A stretch of 64,000 nt of DNA from Calcarisporiella thermophila CBS 279.70 (lineage: Eukaryota; Fungi; Calcarisporiellomycota): NCBI RefSeq assembly GCF_041956535.1, contig NW_027192205.1:679792-743791 (forward strand), in the 5' to 3' direction. Positions 47,831 to 59,772 of this stretch are shown piece after piece (the stretch's first letter is position 1; each line of letters starts with the position of its first letter). The position numbers and the translations under genes are program-made. The notes under the pieces are model-generated. The model had not been told where the DNA came from and did not search any database. It saw only the letters and a list, made by a program, of their open reading frames with translations.

Positions 47831-50758
47831 ATGCCCCCCAAGAGAACTCGCTCTTCGGAAAAGGGAATAGGTACGCAATCCCATTTGAAAGCGTCTGTGT
47901 TAAATTTGAATAATTTATATTTTATTCTTAGAGGAGAGTACAAGCAACAATGTTAAAGGAGGAAAGAAAAGAGGAAAGAAATCAGTTAGTGTTCATGGGG
48001 ATGAATCTATGTTCTCACCTGGTGAATCTTTTGCACAATTACCTCAAGCGAAACACCCCCCTGCGATATCTTCAGCATCTCCAACTTCTTTATCAATCGT
48101 AACTCCGATTCGACCCCAAAATCAGGATTATGGCTTGCCTAAGTTGGATGGGCGATATTATTCAAATAGAACTGTTAGAGCGCGTAAATATTAATTATTT
48201 TGCTAATAATTTCTTTCTAAAAACAATTCTATACCAATATTACATAGCGCCTTTCAATGATGGAAAAATCTGGCAAGAATATGTTCGGCACATTACTGGG
48301 TGGCATTACCCTCATAGTAGTAATATTCCTGAGGATGAACTTGACCAACAGTATGTATTGAATTGGCTTCCGAAACAGATATATTTGATTTTGATCATGC
48401 TATTAGATATTTCAAGGCAACCTTGACAATGGCATCAGAATACATTTTCCGCCACAGTTTTATGAAACGTTGGCCTTCGGATTATATTCGTGATCAAAAC
48501 TTGAAGGCAGCTGTGGAAGAATTCTGCACGGAAAATTCTAGTCGTTTTTCTTTCTCAAAAGATTACGACATGCTCAGCCTAGATTTTCGATACCTATTTC
48601 AATGGCTTATATGGGGAAATGAGGAAGAGAGCATATTGGCTATTTTCGAAGAGTATTTTCGGGTAGGTCTGGCAGAAAACCGCTCTTACTTATCTGGTCA
48701 TTTACAATATATTTATATGCTACTTTTACATTTTAGTACCTCCCAGATAATGAAAAATGCGAAGCACTTGATAGCGAAAAAACAATATCGGTTGCAACTG
48801 CAGATAATTGGAAACAGTATATTGAAAAAATGGATCAATCCTCCAAGGTTGTCTCTCCACGTTTAGTCACAGCAGGACTTGAAGCTCTCGCAAATGTACG
48901 TAAAACTGTGGAGCCAGATTTTGGAGGATTAGTCCTTCAACCACTTATTGGCGCGCCACTTCTTGCAGCAAAAATACCTAGTTTCTTTTCGCAGAGAGAA
49001 TTTAGGTTTCCGGTGAACGAAGGTTGGGCTCCTATAATCGACTTTGCTTGTGGGGTGGATATAGCGGAAAAGAAAATTCCTGTATTAATCGTCGAAGTTG
49101 AGGCGTCGAAGATAGTTTCGAATTCTGCCCACAAAGATACCCGAAAAGTGGCTCAACTATTGCGTAGATCGCTAGAGTTGATGGCAAAGAAAGTACCTGA
49201 CAATGCTATTGAAGAGCTCAGATCATATGGTCTCCTTCTTTCCTCGGATGGCAAATATGAATTTGTTGGAATGAAACCAATACGAGAACGCCGGAATATG
49301 AACGGGTCACACTTTAACTTCTGTCTCTTCGAGCAACTGCTTGTAGGAGAGCTAGATGTCAGCTTGATAACGTCACTTAATATAGACCATATTATCGAGA
49401 TTAATAGCTTCCTTCTCGGACCCGTCAGAGAAGCAATGCTCAAAACCCAAAATCTTACGGGTAGACGTGGCCCCAGGACAGAAGGTACAATAGGATTCCA
49501 ATAATTATTTTTACTGGACATTTCATAGTTTAATTCACAAATATTTCGGTTAAAGACCGCTTTCCTCCTCCCCAGATGCATTTGGAATCGCGTGCTGGAA
49601 GTTCGAAATATACTCCAAAGAAAGGAGAAGGAAAAAGAGGCGATGAAAGAAGCGAGGAAGCGGAAGAGAGTGGTAGCGGAGGCGGTCATCAATGGATTAC
49701 CAATGTATCAATGTCTATGTTATCTCTTATTGAGAAATACGGTTACAAGTATATCAGTGCATTACACGAGGTAGGAATTTGATCTCTATGTTTTAGAGCT
49801 GTACCTGATTAATAATCTATCAAATACCTACGGAATTTCTCAATAGAGTGATCATACCCAAGTTTTTCACGTAGCTCATGAAAATGATTCATTTGCATTT
49901 GTAGTGAAGCTTGGAGACGGGCGTGAAATTTCCTTACTACAAAAGCTCCAGGTATTTTGTATTTTTTTAACATTTTTTTGTACCACCTCATTGACTCGCG
50001 TTTTAGGGCTTGCCAAATATTGTGCAGCTATTCGACACTTTGTTGCTTCATGGTTGCTATGGCATGGTCTTGGATAAAGTGGATGTTTACGGCAGAGAAT
50101 TTTACAAGGTACTCGATAAGCTTTCGGTCATTTAATTCTATTTTTTAATCTTTTTGTATTTTTCCCCTTTGACCAAGATTTCTGGAGCAAGCTTTATAAA
50201 AGACTTATTCTCTGCGCTGAATTCTCTTCACTCTCGTGGTATCATTCACCATGATATTAAACCAGACAATTTCGGATATAGCAGAAGACAGAAACGGTAA
50301 TATAGAGGATCATAAAAAAAACAATATTTATCTTAAATATTTTATTTATCTACGATAGCTGGGCGTTGCTTGATTTTAATTTTGCTGAGGAAATACATGA
50401 TAAGCAAACGGAAAGTAGTGCGGGAACCAAGTCTTTTAGAGCACCTGAGGTTGAGCGACACGAGCCTCATGGGTTCCCAGCTGATATATACAGTGCTGGC
50501 AAAACTCTTCAAGATTTAAACCTACTTACGAAACTCGGTAATTATTTATTTTATTTACTATATGCTTTATGTAATCTAAAGTTTGTTTTTCCAGGTGAAA
50601 TTGGAAAGCGCATGCTCAGCGAAGATCCCGAAATACGTCCCACAGCATCTGAAGTGCTTGATTATTTAGAACTGGAGAAGCAAGTGCAACAATTACCCAC
50701 TCCGGAAGATCACATATTGGTGGATAAAACTCCGAATATATACGCCTCCTGTTATTGA
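47831..50758 (+). CDS. Crinkler/Spok-like protein: basic N-terminus + REase-like (PD-(D/E)xK) domain + C-terminal protein kinase; about 10 exons, apparently intact
   Basis: Spliced model: MPPKRTR..KKRGKK; IIDFACG..PVLIVEVE..HKDTRK; kinase VVK, RE, HHDIKPDN, DFN, GTKSFRAPE, DIYSAG, DPEIRPTASEVL. Confidence 0.8.
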
Positions 50759-51149
50759 TTCAATTTGCGATCCTATACCCACTTCATACTCACCATTAAT
50801 GTACTGTATAACCTGTGTATCCTTTTGCTACACTGCTCATGAAAACGAAGCTAGCATTTATGATTTTAATGTTCGAAATTGCGCATAATTGTGTACCGGA
50901 ATGTTTGCAATAATTATATAGCTTTAAAAATTCACTGTACATGTCATAATCGTTAAGTAGTTTGCTAATAGAGTGTTTGCGGTTTAACAGTGGCTCTCCT
51001 TGGCGGTATTTTTTTCCGAGAATCATCATTGTGGATCCAAAAATTTATCAAGAGACCCATAAGCGTCCTTAGTTGCTTTCTTAAAACTACCGTCAAAACT
51101 TTCCCTTCCCCTAGTAGATTATTCTTTATATGCTAACCTAATCAAATAT

Positions 51150-53202
51150 CATCCCTTTCCTATCGAATTCCCTTGGCTTATCTCGCGTATCTCCACTCTG
51201 CTCACGGCATAAAATTGGAAATTAGAGCGTTATAAAAATTATGGGGTATGGCCTAAGAAGAGTCACTCCTTGGAGGGAGAGTCAACTCCTGTAACGGGAA
51301 TTTTATGAGGCAATTGAGGAAGGAGAGAGGGGTTCTGGAGTTCTCGCAGAAACCGGAAGAGCCAATCGACTGTTCTTTGGTGTCCGTGTCCATCGCCTCA
51401 ACGGGATCTTAGGAGAGAGTCAACCTTTCTCCCGGTGCACCTACTACTACATTGGGATGTGGGAGCTTGCCGACCAAGCTGAGGGCAAACCTGGCCAGCA
51501 AGTGAGCAGGGATGATGTGAATCCTGGCGGGATCCTGAATGCCGGGCATCTGGACTAATATGCGAGATATGGGTTTGAATACTGGCAAGCACACGCAGGA
51601 TGTAGTCTGGGTCCCCTCCGCCACCCGAGTGGGCCGATTACATTTATGTGCCGGAGACTGGAAATGCTGGCCTTCGCTTCATCGAACGAAAAAGGCAGGT
51701 TGTTCAGTGGCTAGCTGCTGACAGATTGTCGGCCTTCAGCTGTAGCCTTTTACAGCTTATATAGAATGCGGGCGGTGGCTCATTCAGCATTCTGCAATGG
51801 ACTCCCAATTAAAAAAAACGCTGAATAAAGCGCCTCCTAGTCGCTTCGGGGAACCTTGTTATTTTTCCTCTCTACACAAATGCTCCTTCACAAGCACTTC
51901 CATTCTACAAACCTTTTTTACCATAGCCGTCGCCTGCCAGGAACAGGAAACTTGGCCAATCCAAATAACCCGTTTTAAACGCCGAAACGGGACATATTAG
52001 GTTGGAAGAGTCTAGTGGCATTGAGGCCTCATAACAATATTCAAATGCCATGCTGATGACACTCAAGCTACGCTGTTTTGATGAGTAATCCGTTGACTAT
52101 CAGTGCCGCCCAAAGCTCTCCATTAAAACTGCATGACGGAGCGTTTGAAAAGCCATGTAAAGATACCCGAACTCAATCGCCATTTTTCGATGGCAGCTGC
52201 TCGAATTTCCAGCCTCCAACTTAGGAGTTCAACTTGGATTTCACCACCATCGAAGTTAACCGAAGTAAATACCTGGTTCCACTTTCTTGTGACACTCCAT
52301 TATTCTTCAGCATCTCAGGATATAAAAAACTCAATAACCACGTAATACTTCAAGCAAAGAGGTCAGTTGCCACAACTACTTGCTAATATCGGCCATGAGG
52401 CTGTGGTTAAGAAGCAAACTGCTCAACAAATTAACCGAACAGCGAAGGGGAGAGTGACGGCTAGATGATGCGGCCAATCATTCCTCATCGAAGACGCTCA
52501 TTTTCGCCGAATGTAATGTTCGATTCTAGAATCTTTGCATTGCTTAATTACCTGATCTCTAAACTCGTGGATACATCAGAAGCACCAAAACAAAATTTAT
52601 CACGGTTTTGTGGCAGCAGGAGGAAATAAGGGTGACAAATACATAGTCAAAAAAATCGCATGTTATTACCGGGGAGAAGATTTCGGGCCATTGGCCGGCC
52701 TAATTGATGTAAGAAGAGGTAGGCTAGCCCAATCCCAACTGCCTATTCCTCCCAATCTTGACATGAGTGCCGTTGTTGACGGCGATACACCGTTTACATA
52801 CGACCAGGAGCTTGATGGTCATATCACGAACACTTGGGAGAAGCAGGGTATAGTGTTGATAGAGGATCAATTGCCTTCTTAACAGACAAGGAAACATTCG
52901 GCGGACGTCTGCACACTGGCCAGGCGTACATTCACGAAGGTGAACTTGCAGCAACCAGGAGGCGACTATCTCGCACGTTATGGGGCCGAATGAACGAATG
53001 ATCTGTGTGGAGGATGCGTCATAAACCCATTCGTGCTTGAACACGGTGATCTCTCGTGGGATCAACTAGTGACAGCCTTGGCCATCCACTGCGGTATGAG
53101 TGTTTATAAATAATACTCACAGGAATGCACTAAGGATTGTCTGACCCGTGATGCTACTCTGAAGTGCCATATTGTGCCAGCTCTACCTTCAAATACGAGG
53201 CG
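51150..53202 (+). pseudogene. Long decayed copy of unknown gene 'A'
   Basis: Plus-strand reading interrupted by stops and frameshifts, ending EHGDLSWDQLVTALAIHCG...QECTKDCLTR; homologous to 46480-46969. Confidence 0.6.
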
Positions 53203-53643
53203 ATAGAAGATATTACTCTAATAGAGCTGCTAAAGCGCGTAAATATTAATTATTTTGCTAATGGTTTCTTCTAAAACAATTTCATTCTCATATTATATAG
53301 CGCCTTTCAACGATGGAAAAATCTGGCAAGAATATGTTCGGCACATTATTGGGTGGTATTATCTTCCTACAAACAATATTCCTCGGGATAAACAGCTGTA
53401 TATAGAGAATTAGAATCCAAATGCATATTTCTTCGAATATTTGGTCTCGATATCAGTTATTTCAGGACATCATTGACAATGGCACCAGATTACGTTTTCC
53501 GTCACAGTTTTATGACACGTTGATCTTCGGATTGTATTCGCGATCAAAACTTGAAGCCAGCTGTGGAAGAATTCTATACGGAAATCTCTAGTCGTTTTTC
53601 TATCTAAAAAGATTATGACATGTTCGACCTAGATTTTCGATAC
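53201..53643 (+). pseudogene. Degenerate partial copy of the REase-kinase gene (exons 2-4)
   Basis: Aligns to about 48147-48593 including intron positions (APFNDGKIWQEYVRHI...RHSFM..DQNLK.AVEEF); in-frame stops (TGG>TGA, TCA>TAA). Confidence 0.85.
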
Positions 53644-54077
53644 TGAATTGTTTACTACAAAAAGGAGCACGACTTTTGTTCCGGAGAAGCAGTTGCTATC
53701 CAGAGAGTGAAGCTGGGACTCGATGCCTAAAGAACGTTAGCCAAGCTTGCCTACACTAATTAAAGCTGCTCATGCAAGAATAATTCCAGCTTTTTTTATA
53801 CAGTAGTTACCCATTTATGACTAATGAGGTTAGGATATAGAGATAATATTCAGGTTTAAGACTGTGATTGAGTATTAAATTGCCAGGCCTGATGAAATCT
53901 TATTCCATATCTAATTACGGAAGTACAAGTTGGCTGAGCCATTCCCAATATACAAACTGTATATATTGATCTCTTGGCAGTTTTTTGGTCCCTTTTTCTG
54001 TGGATTAAGATAAAAGGAGACAATATTATCTTCTCTCTTAACTCACATCTAGTTTTCTGTTAATTATTTTCAGTAAT

Positions 54078-54365
54078 ATGAATACGTTACAACTGGCCTC
54101 TTTACTTATGCTCATAGCAGTAGTGAGTGCATGCGAGACTGTGTGCTCCTATGGCGCTGGGGATGGGTTTGGATATTGTGACTACAGCTGCAACACGGAT
54201 AGCGGGGGTCATAATTCTGCGTCTGATTACACTTATAACTTTGCCGCTGCTCTCAGAGGTAATGGCTACGACTGCCACGTGGAAGGAAGCGCTGAATCCA
54301 CAGTTCACTGCAATAGCATGAACAACTGCAGAAGCCACTCTTGGAAAGCAGGAAATGATTGCTGA
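54078..54365 (+). CDS. Small secreted Cys-rich protein (8 Cys, 95 aa)
   Basis: Signal peptide MNTLQLASLLMLIAVVSA, then CETVC..YCDYSC..YDC..VHC..NNC..NDC*. Confidence 0.8.
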   Translation: MNTLQLASLLMLIAVVSACETVCSYGAGDGFGYCDYSCNTDSGGHNSASDYTYNFAAALRGNGYDCHVEGSAESTVHCNSMNNCRSHSWKAGNDC

Positions 54366-54369
54366 GGGT

Positions 54370-55149
54370 TGTAACTTTGTTGCATGAAATATGATTATAC
54401 TCTAGGCTTTTGATAGCAACTTTTACAATAATTAATAAAAACTGCAAAGTCTTTGTAGTTCTCAACCTTCCGGTTCAAATGCACTCGTATATCCTTTGTT
54501 TTATGCCATGAACAAAGCTGGTGCTGAGCATGTGGGATAACATTACGGATAGCACTTATGAACGCTGGATCGGAATTGCTAATCACTGTTCGTATATTCT
54601 CAGCTGATTCTCTTTTCAAACAAGATATAAGCTGCTGGAGCGTCCACGTAATTGCATGGGTAGATTTGTGTTTAGTAGCGAAATTCCCATCAAAAACGTT
54701 TTGAGATTTTCATCCACACCGACCAAGGCCAAGTAAGGAAGGTTGAAATGGTTGGTGCGATGGGTGCTATCAGCAATCACGAGCCTAGGGCTCTTGTCTG
54801 CAAGTAAAATATGCGAGTTACGCATGAAAATTTTAGAGCAGTGAGGAATCCAGTAGTAAGCTCTGAGCGTTCTACCCTCCATTCAAACCCAATACTAACT
54901 GCGTAATCGTTCATCCATTCAGTTATTTCGTCTCGATCTTTGAATTTAAGGATTTGAGATCAGAAACGAAGATGATAGTCATTTTTACAATGGAGAATGA
55001 AAAGATTAAAATTATTAAGGTTACGCTCAACTTGAAATTAATTATATTTTAATTTGACGCGAGAGTAATAGTAAATGTTAAATAAAACTATATAATTAAC
55101 CAACTTGGCGGTGAATAATAGTTGTACCCGGGTACAAATGGAATTACCC
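54370..55149 (-). mobile_element. Mutator/MULE transposase relic
   Basis: DSTHRTNHFNLPYLALVGVDENLKTF and VISNSDPAFISAIRNVIPHAQHQLCSWH MULE motifs, frameshifted; possible GGG-initiated end at 55149. Confidence 0.85.
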
Positions 55150-55861
55150 TTCAAATTTTGTTCTAAAATGCATTTAAACAAGCGGCAAGTCTATTCGCGA
55201 ATGCATTGGCGAGACTTTTTTTTTTATATAAGCACAATATAAATTACAACATTTGTATGCAATTGTAGTCTCATAGGGGATGTAACCTAGTTTACGAATC
55301 AAGAAACTTTCGGGAGGAACATTAAGAAGCTAATAAATACTCTGCCGGAGCAGATTTAAGACGTCATTAGGGTCAAACTTGGATATACAAAATGGTAGTC
55401 AGTGTTCATTTATTTTAATTCTTGAATATTTGTTACAATGAGACTATGGAAAAAGGAAATAAAAATTTGAATCATGATATCTTCAATGTGATAAAAATTG
55501 AAATTTTCCGAGATAAATTAATATCTATCGAAAGGAGGGATAGCAAAGGTAAAATACAAAAGTTACATTGTATACGGAATAGCAGTGTTAGTGAGTTTTT
55601 CAAAGGTATATATGTACAGTATTTTAGGGTTGGGTATGGCGGGGAGACAAAGAAAACGACCAACGAAACCAACAGAAGAAAGGGGGAGGAAGAGTTCCGT
55701 AGAGAAACCCGCCAAATGTCTGCAAGCACAACGACGACCCGCCCCAGTTACTCGCTGAAGCGTACACGACTCTCCACTACTACATTTGTAGTGTCTTCCA
55801 ATTCCTGGGACGACTGCCGATCAGCATCTACCGATGTTGTAACCAAAGTGTCTGGCAATTC

Positions 55862-58093
55862 TCATTGCCACTCTCGTACTCTATCCTGACCACGTTGTTC
55901 GTCCACGTACTTGCGGGCGGCCCGGTTCCACCTGCAACCGCAGTGCATGATCTGCAAAGTGAGGACACTTTTGACCCGATCTCTCTCAATGCGGACACAC
56001 TCTGTGTTCAGGCACGTGGCAACAGCTGCTAATGCCCACAAGGGTTCATAGTCCATAGATTCCAACCCAGAAACATCTATAGCCTTAGATAGGCAGGCTG
56101 CGTCACATGGCCCCCACCCGGGCGTCTGGCAGCCTTGCCGGCACCCCGGGTGCAAGGCCCTCTCCCAGGCAGCGTACGCCAGCAACCGCCGCACTCCTTC
56201 CTGCCGAACCCGAGTGAGCTTCTGTCCGGTATTGAGAATTGCTCGGAAGGCGTTGGCAACGTTGCATTTGAATATGTCTGGCCGGTTGCGCTTTGGCGCC
56301 CAGGCCCAGCCTGGGAAGCCAAGTCTGGCCGTGCGTGACCCTCCAGCCGTCTCCAACCCTGGCTGCATAGGCACCCAACAGTGACTCCTGGTGTTGGCAA
56401 CAACCCCTCGCAGTTTCAGCGTGCCAATGAGCAGTGCCGCCACCTCGCCTCTAATCATTGATGAATCATTCCAGCCGGCCATAAGTAGGCAGGCAGCGGC
56501 TGCGAGAGCAAGCACGAGTGCAGCAAGGCACGCTGGAGTACAGGGAACTTCCTGTAGTCCTGCTAACTGTGATGCCAGAACGATGTTCCCATCGACGATG
56601 CACCGCTTTGTGTGGTTAGGGGTATCATGTTCGAGCACTAGACATCGCCATGACGTGTCTTCATAGTCAGGTGTAACAATGATGTCGAGCTGCCCTGCTA
56701 CGCTGAAGTGATGACTTGATTCCCCAACAAAATCCACCGCGTGCTGGAGCAGTGAATAAGCAAGGCCGACTAAGAGATTGATGATGACCACCAGCCAAGC
56801 TCGCCAGGTCAACCATGGCGTCGCCACAGTTGCAAGTATCACGTCGCCCACTGCCATCACTGCATGCACGAGTAGCGCCCCCCGAAAAGTTAGCCACCCG
56901 CCACCTGTATGTGCTATGAGATTGGCAGCCGCGCCAGTGACTGTCACACTTGGCACACCATCTTTCTTGCTGTACAATAGCACCTGGCCACGCATGTACC
57001 GTACCTGGCCCTCAATCATGCGCGCAACCCGCTGTTGGCCCACCTGGTCGTCTGCCCATAGAGACTGACCACCTCCGAGTTTAGCTATATGTCGTTGGCG
57101 CAATAACCCGCCTATTGCACTAAGGATCACACCTGGCAGACCACACGCCCCGCTCGTGCCGTCTGCTCCATATGCCCCCATCGGCCCATTCCCAAGACGC
57201 TTGATACCAGGCTTTAGCACTGCAACAAGGGTGCTGATTAATGCTGCAGCGTCTCCCAGCTGCAGCACGATTGGAGCAGCTCCTTGCTGCGCATACACCC
57301 CTGTGGCAAGCTGCAGGCTACACAGCCAAGATAACCACATTGGTCGCTGGGATGGCCGGATCTGCCTAAAGTTGCTCCGCTCAACCAAAAGGATCCTCTT
57401 AACTACATCAGCTAGCGTGCTCCATTGCCTCACAGTGCCGTCTCCAAAAACCACCCTTGTACAGATGAACGCCCCACCTGTCTCTACCCCGACAATCCTG
57501 TGCCAGACAAAGTCACGCGAGTACCGTTGCCGCCCCGTAACAGCAGTAGATAAAGGAAAAATACGGCGAAACACCTTGGCTAAACCCGACTTGATGGTAT
57601 CACAAAAGAGTTCCCGGAAGTAGGGGCCGTTTCCACTTAACTTTACATCTGCTAGGCAGTGCTCCTGGATCCAATTGACCAAGGAGTGTGCTGCCCTCAT
57701 TGAGGGTACCAGCTCACTATGGTAAGTCACAGCATCCCCCCAGATGCTCCTCTCTCGAGACGTATCCAATTCTACACCCAGGCTGCCGTCAACGAACCGG
57801 TTGCTTGCACACGCACTAAAAGTACAGGCACAGGACCAACCGTGTGGTGGGTTCAGAGTCTGGGACCAAGCATGCATCTCGCCACCAGCTACCACCTGCA
57901 TCAGAGGTTCCGCAGCAGCTCCATCTCCTTTTCCCCTACCAGCAATACACGCTCCGATTGCGCTAGGTGTTCCTTCATCACTTTCTATCCTGTGAACCCT
58001 GGGAGTTGGAGCGCTTTCGACCTGTGGGTTGCAAACTGACTGGGGCTGTGTCGTCGTCACAGCAGCTGTGTACTGAGTTCGAGAGTGAGGCAT
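55862..58093 (-). CDS. Orphan 743-aa intronless multi-pass membrane protein
   Basis: 2.2-kb uninterrupted ORF, visibly GC-richer than its flanks; several hydrophobic helices; Cys-rich C-terminus. Confidence 0.7.
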   Translation of the reverse strand: MPHSRTQYTAAVTTTQPQSVCNPQVESAPTPRVHRIESDEGTPSAIGACIAGRGKGDGAAAEPLMQVVAGGEMHAWSQTLNPPHGWSCACTFSACASNRFVDGSLGVELDTSRERSIWGDAVTYHSELVPSMRAAHSLVNWIQEHCLADVKLSGNGPYFRELFCDTIKSGLAKVFRRIFPLSTAVTGRQRYSRDFVWHRIVGVETGGAFICTRVVFGDGTVRQWSTLADVVKRILLVERSNFRQIRPSQRPMWLSWLCSLQLATGVYAQQGAAPIVLQLGDAAALISTLVAVLKPGIKRLGNGPMGAYGADGTSGACGLPGVILSAIGGLLRQRHIAKLGGGQSLWADDQVGQQRVARMIEGQVRYMRGQVLLYSKKDGVPSVTVTGAAANLIAHTGGGWLTFRGALLVHAVMAVGDVILATVATPWLTWRAWLVVIINLLVGLAYSLLQHAVDFVGESSHHFSVAGQLDIIVTPDYEDTSWRCLVLEHDTPNHTKRCIVDGNIVLASQLAGLQEVPCTPACLAALVLALAAAACLLMAGWNDSSMIRGEVAALLIGTLKLRGVVANTRSHCWVPMQPGLETAGGSRTARLGFPGWAWAPKRNRPDIFKCNVANAFRAILNTGQKLTRVRQEGVRRLLAYAAWERALHPGCRQGCQTPGWGPCDAACLSKAIDVSGLESMDYEPLWALAAVATCLNTECVRIERDRVKSVLTLQIMHCGCRWNRAARKYVDEQRGQDRVREWQ

Positions 58094-59772
58094 GGTTCAT
58101 CTTAATATATTCTGCTTCTGAAGGAAAAGTGTTGTAATAATATGATAGTTTGTTTGCATTATTCTTTGACCCATGGACCCTATAGCTTACCTGAGTAACT
58201 CTTTTAATGTAATTCTTTATAGTGTATATTAAATTTCACCGTAATAAAGTTAGCTTAGTTCTTCTTTTGAATCGAGTCGTGATCACTACATTTATCTGGA
58301 TTGATGTAGACTAGAGTTGCTGACTGGTACTTTTTGTGAGGAGTATGTTGAAATTGAACGAAAGAATGAGAAAGTTATGCGCGATGGAAGAAACGGAGTG
58401 AAGTTGGATGGAGCTTCGGCTTTAAGGGCAAGTTGTAGCGCAGCCAAGCCTCTGTCTCTCTTTCCTGTTTTCCCTTTTCCTTTTATGTACTTACGCAATC
58501 GCATGCTTAATCTCTTTGATTAAAGGTTAAACTTAGTTCTCTATATTCAATATGGATCCCGATCTATAACAATCCTCGGATGTGTTGTATTGGCGTTTTC
58601 GCCCGGGTATGCACAAAAGGATAAACATTCACTATATTCCAAGAGATTCCAAGCCTGATCAGATATGTTTAAGTTAGCATTATAAACATATTCAAATTAT
58701 CGTGTGGATTATCTGTGACCCTGCGATTAAAGATTATTCTATGGTATCAATCAATTATCGTCTCGTCCTGCTACACTAGTTTTATCTTGACTCCTTGAAT
58801 AAATAATCTTAGTATTTTCATAAACCTTGATCTTGAACATGAATACAGAATCTTGAATCTGAACTATTAAGAGTTGGCTGGCCCCATGGTCTATCCGTTG
58901 TACCCAGTTGATTTCACCCGGGCGAAAACAAAAATATAACTGGTCTAGAACCATTAGAGGTTCAAATTTTTATAGTATTTAAAGAATAAGGTACGGAACA
59001 ATAAAACAAAAGGAACGAATTAAAACTGAATCATGGAAATATCGGAGAGAAGCATTAATACTCCAATAATAAATTTGTGGTCAATAAGTATATAAAAGGA
59101 AGGGTAATTAATTAATTAATTAAAGTAAATAAGAAAGTATTATAATTAATATTATAGTGTAAATTCGGTCGTGTTACAACCATGTAATATTAAATATTAA
59201 CTGTGGAAATAGTCACAAACATCATCGGACAATTTGACGCAAAGATTTGGGTCATCGTAGACAAAACACCCCTTTAGCTCTATCGTATCCTCCGAGTCTT
59301 TCGCCTCGCCTCCAGCCTAACCCAATCAATAGAAACACCATGGATATGTCAAGGCTTGGAGTATTGTAATGGTATTGTTAAAGGGTGAATTCACTTCTAT
59401 ACTTTTATTACAGTCGTAGTGGTAGCCAAAGTCGTACTCTATGTGACTCTATGCATGATTTTCCGTTATAGAGCGACGATATACTGACATATTGCTAATC
59501 GCCTTTCACGTATACTGAGTTACTTCCGATTTTTGCACAGTTTTGGTGAAAGAAAAAAAAAACAAGCAACAATATTAACCATTTTAAAACTTTATGACGC
59601 TATGGATCGTAGCGTGTCCTAAATAAAATATATATTGGTTGGTTGACTTTACATACACCTATTTTCATTTGCAACTATAGTAACTTTCAACGTAAGGAAT
59701 GCATTCTGAGTTATTGTGCTGCACTTATTCAATCCATTGGTTATCATACAGTATATCTCAAACCACAATTTA

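Noticed and set aside
46480-53643. RIP-like CpA>TpA mutation in the duplicated copies
   Set aside because: A few CAA>TAA and CAG>TAG changes are present, but so are many transversions and indels; no clear bias by eye
58131-59180. Possible solo LTR (GTTGTAA...TTACAAC ends)
   Set aside because: Only a 7-bp inverted match, no target-site duplication and no second copy in the window
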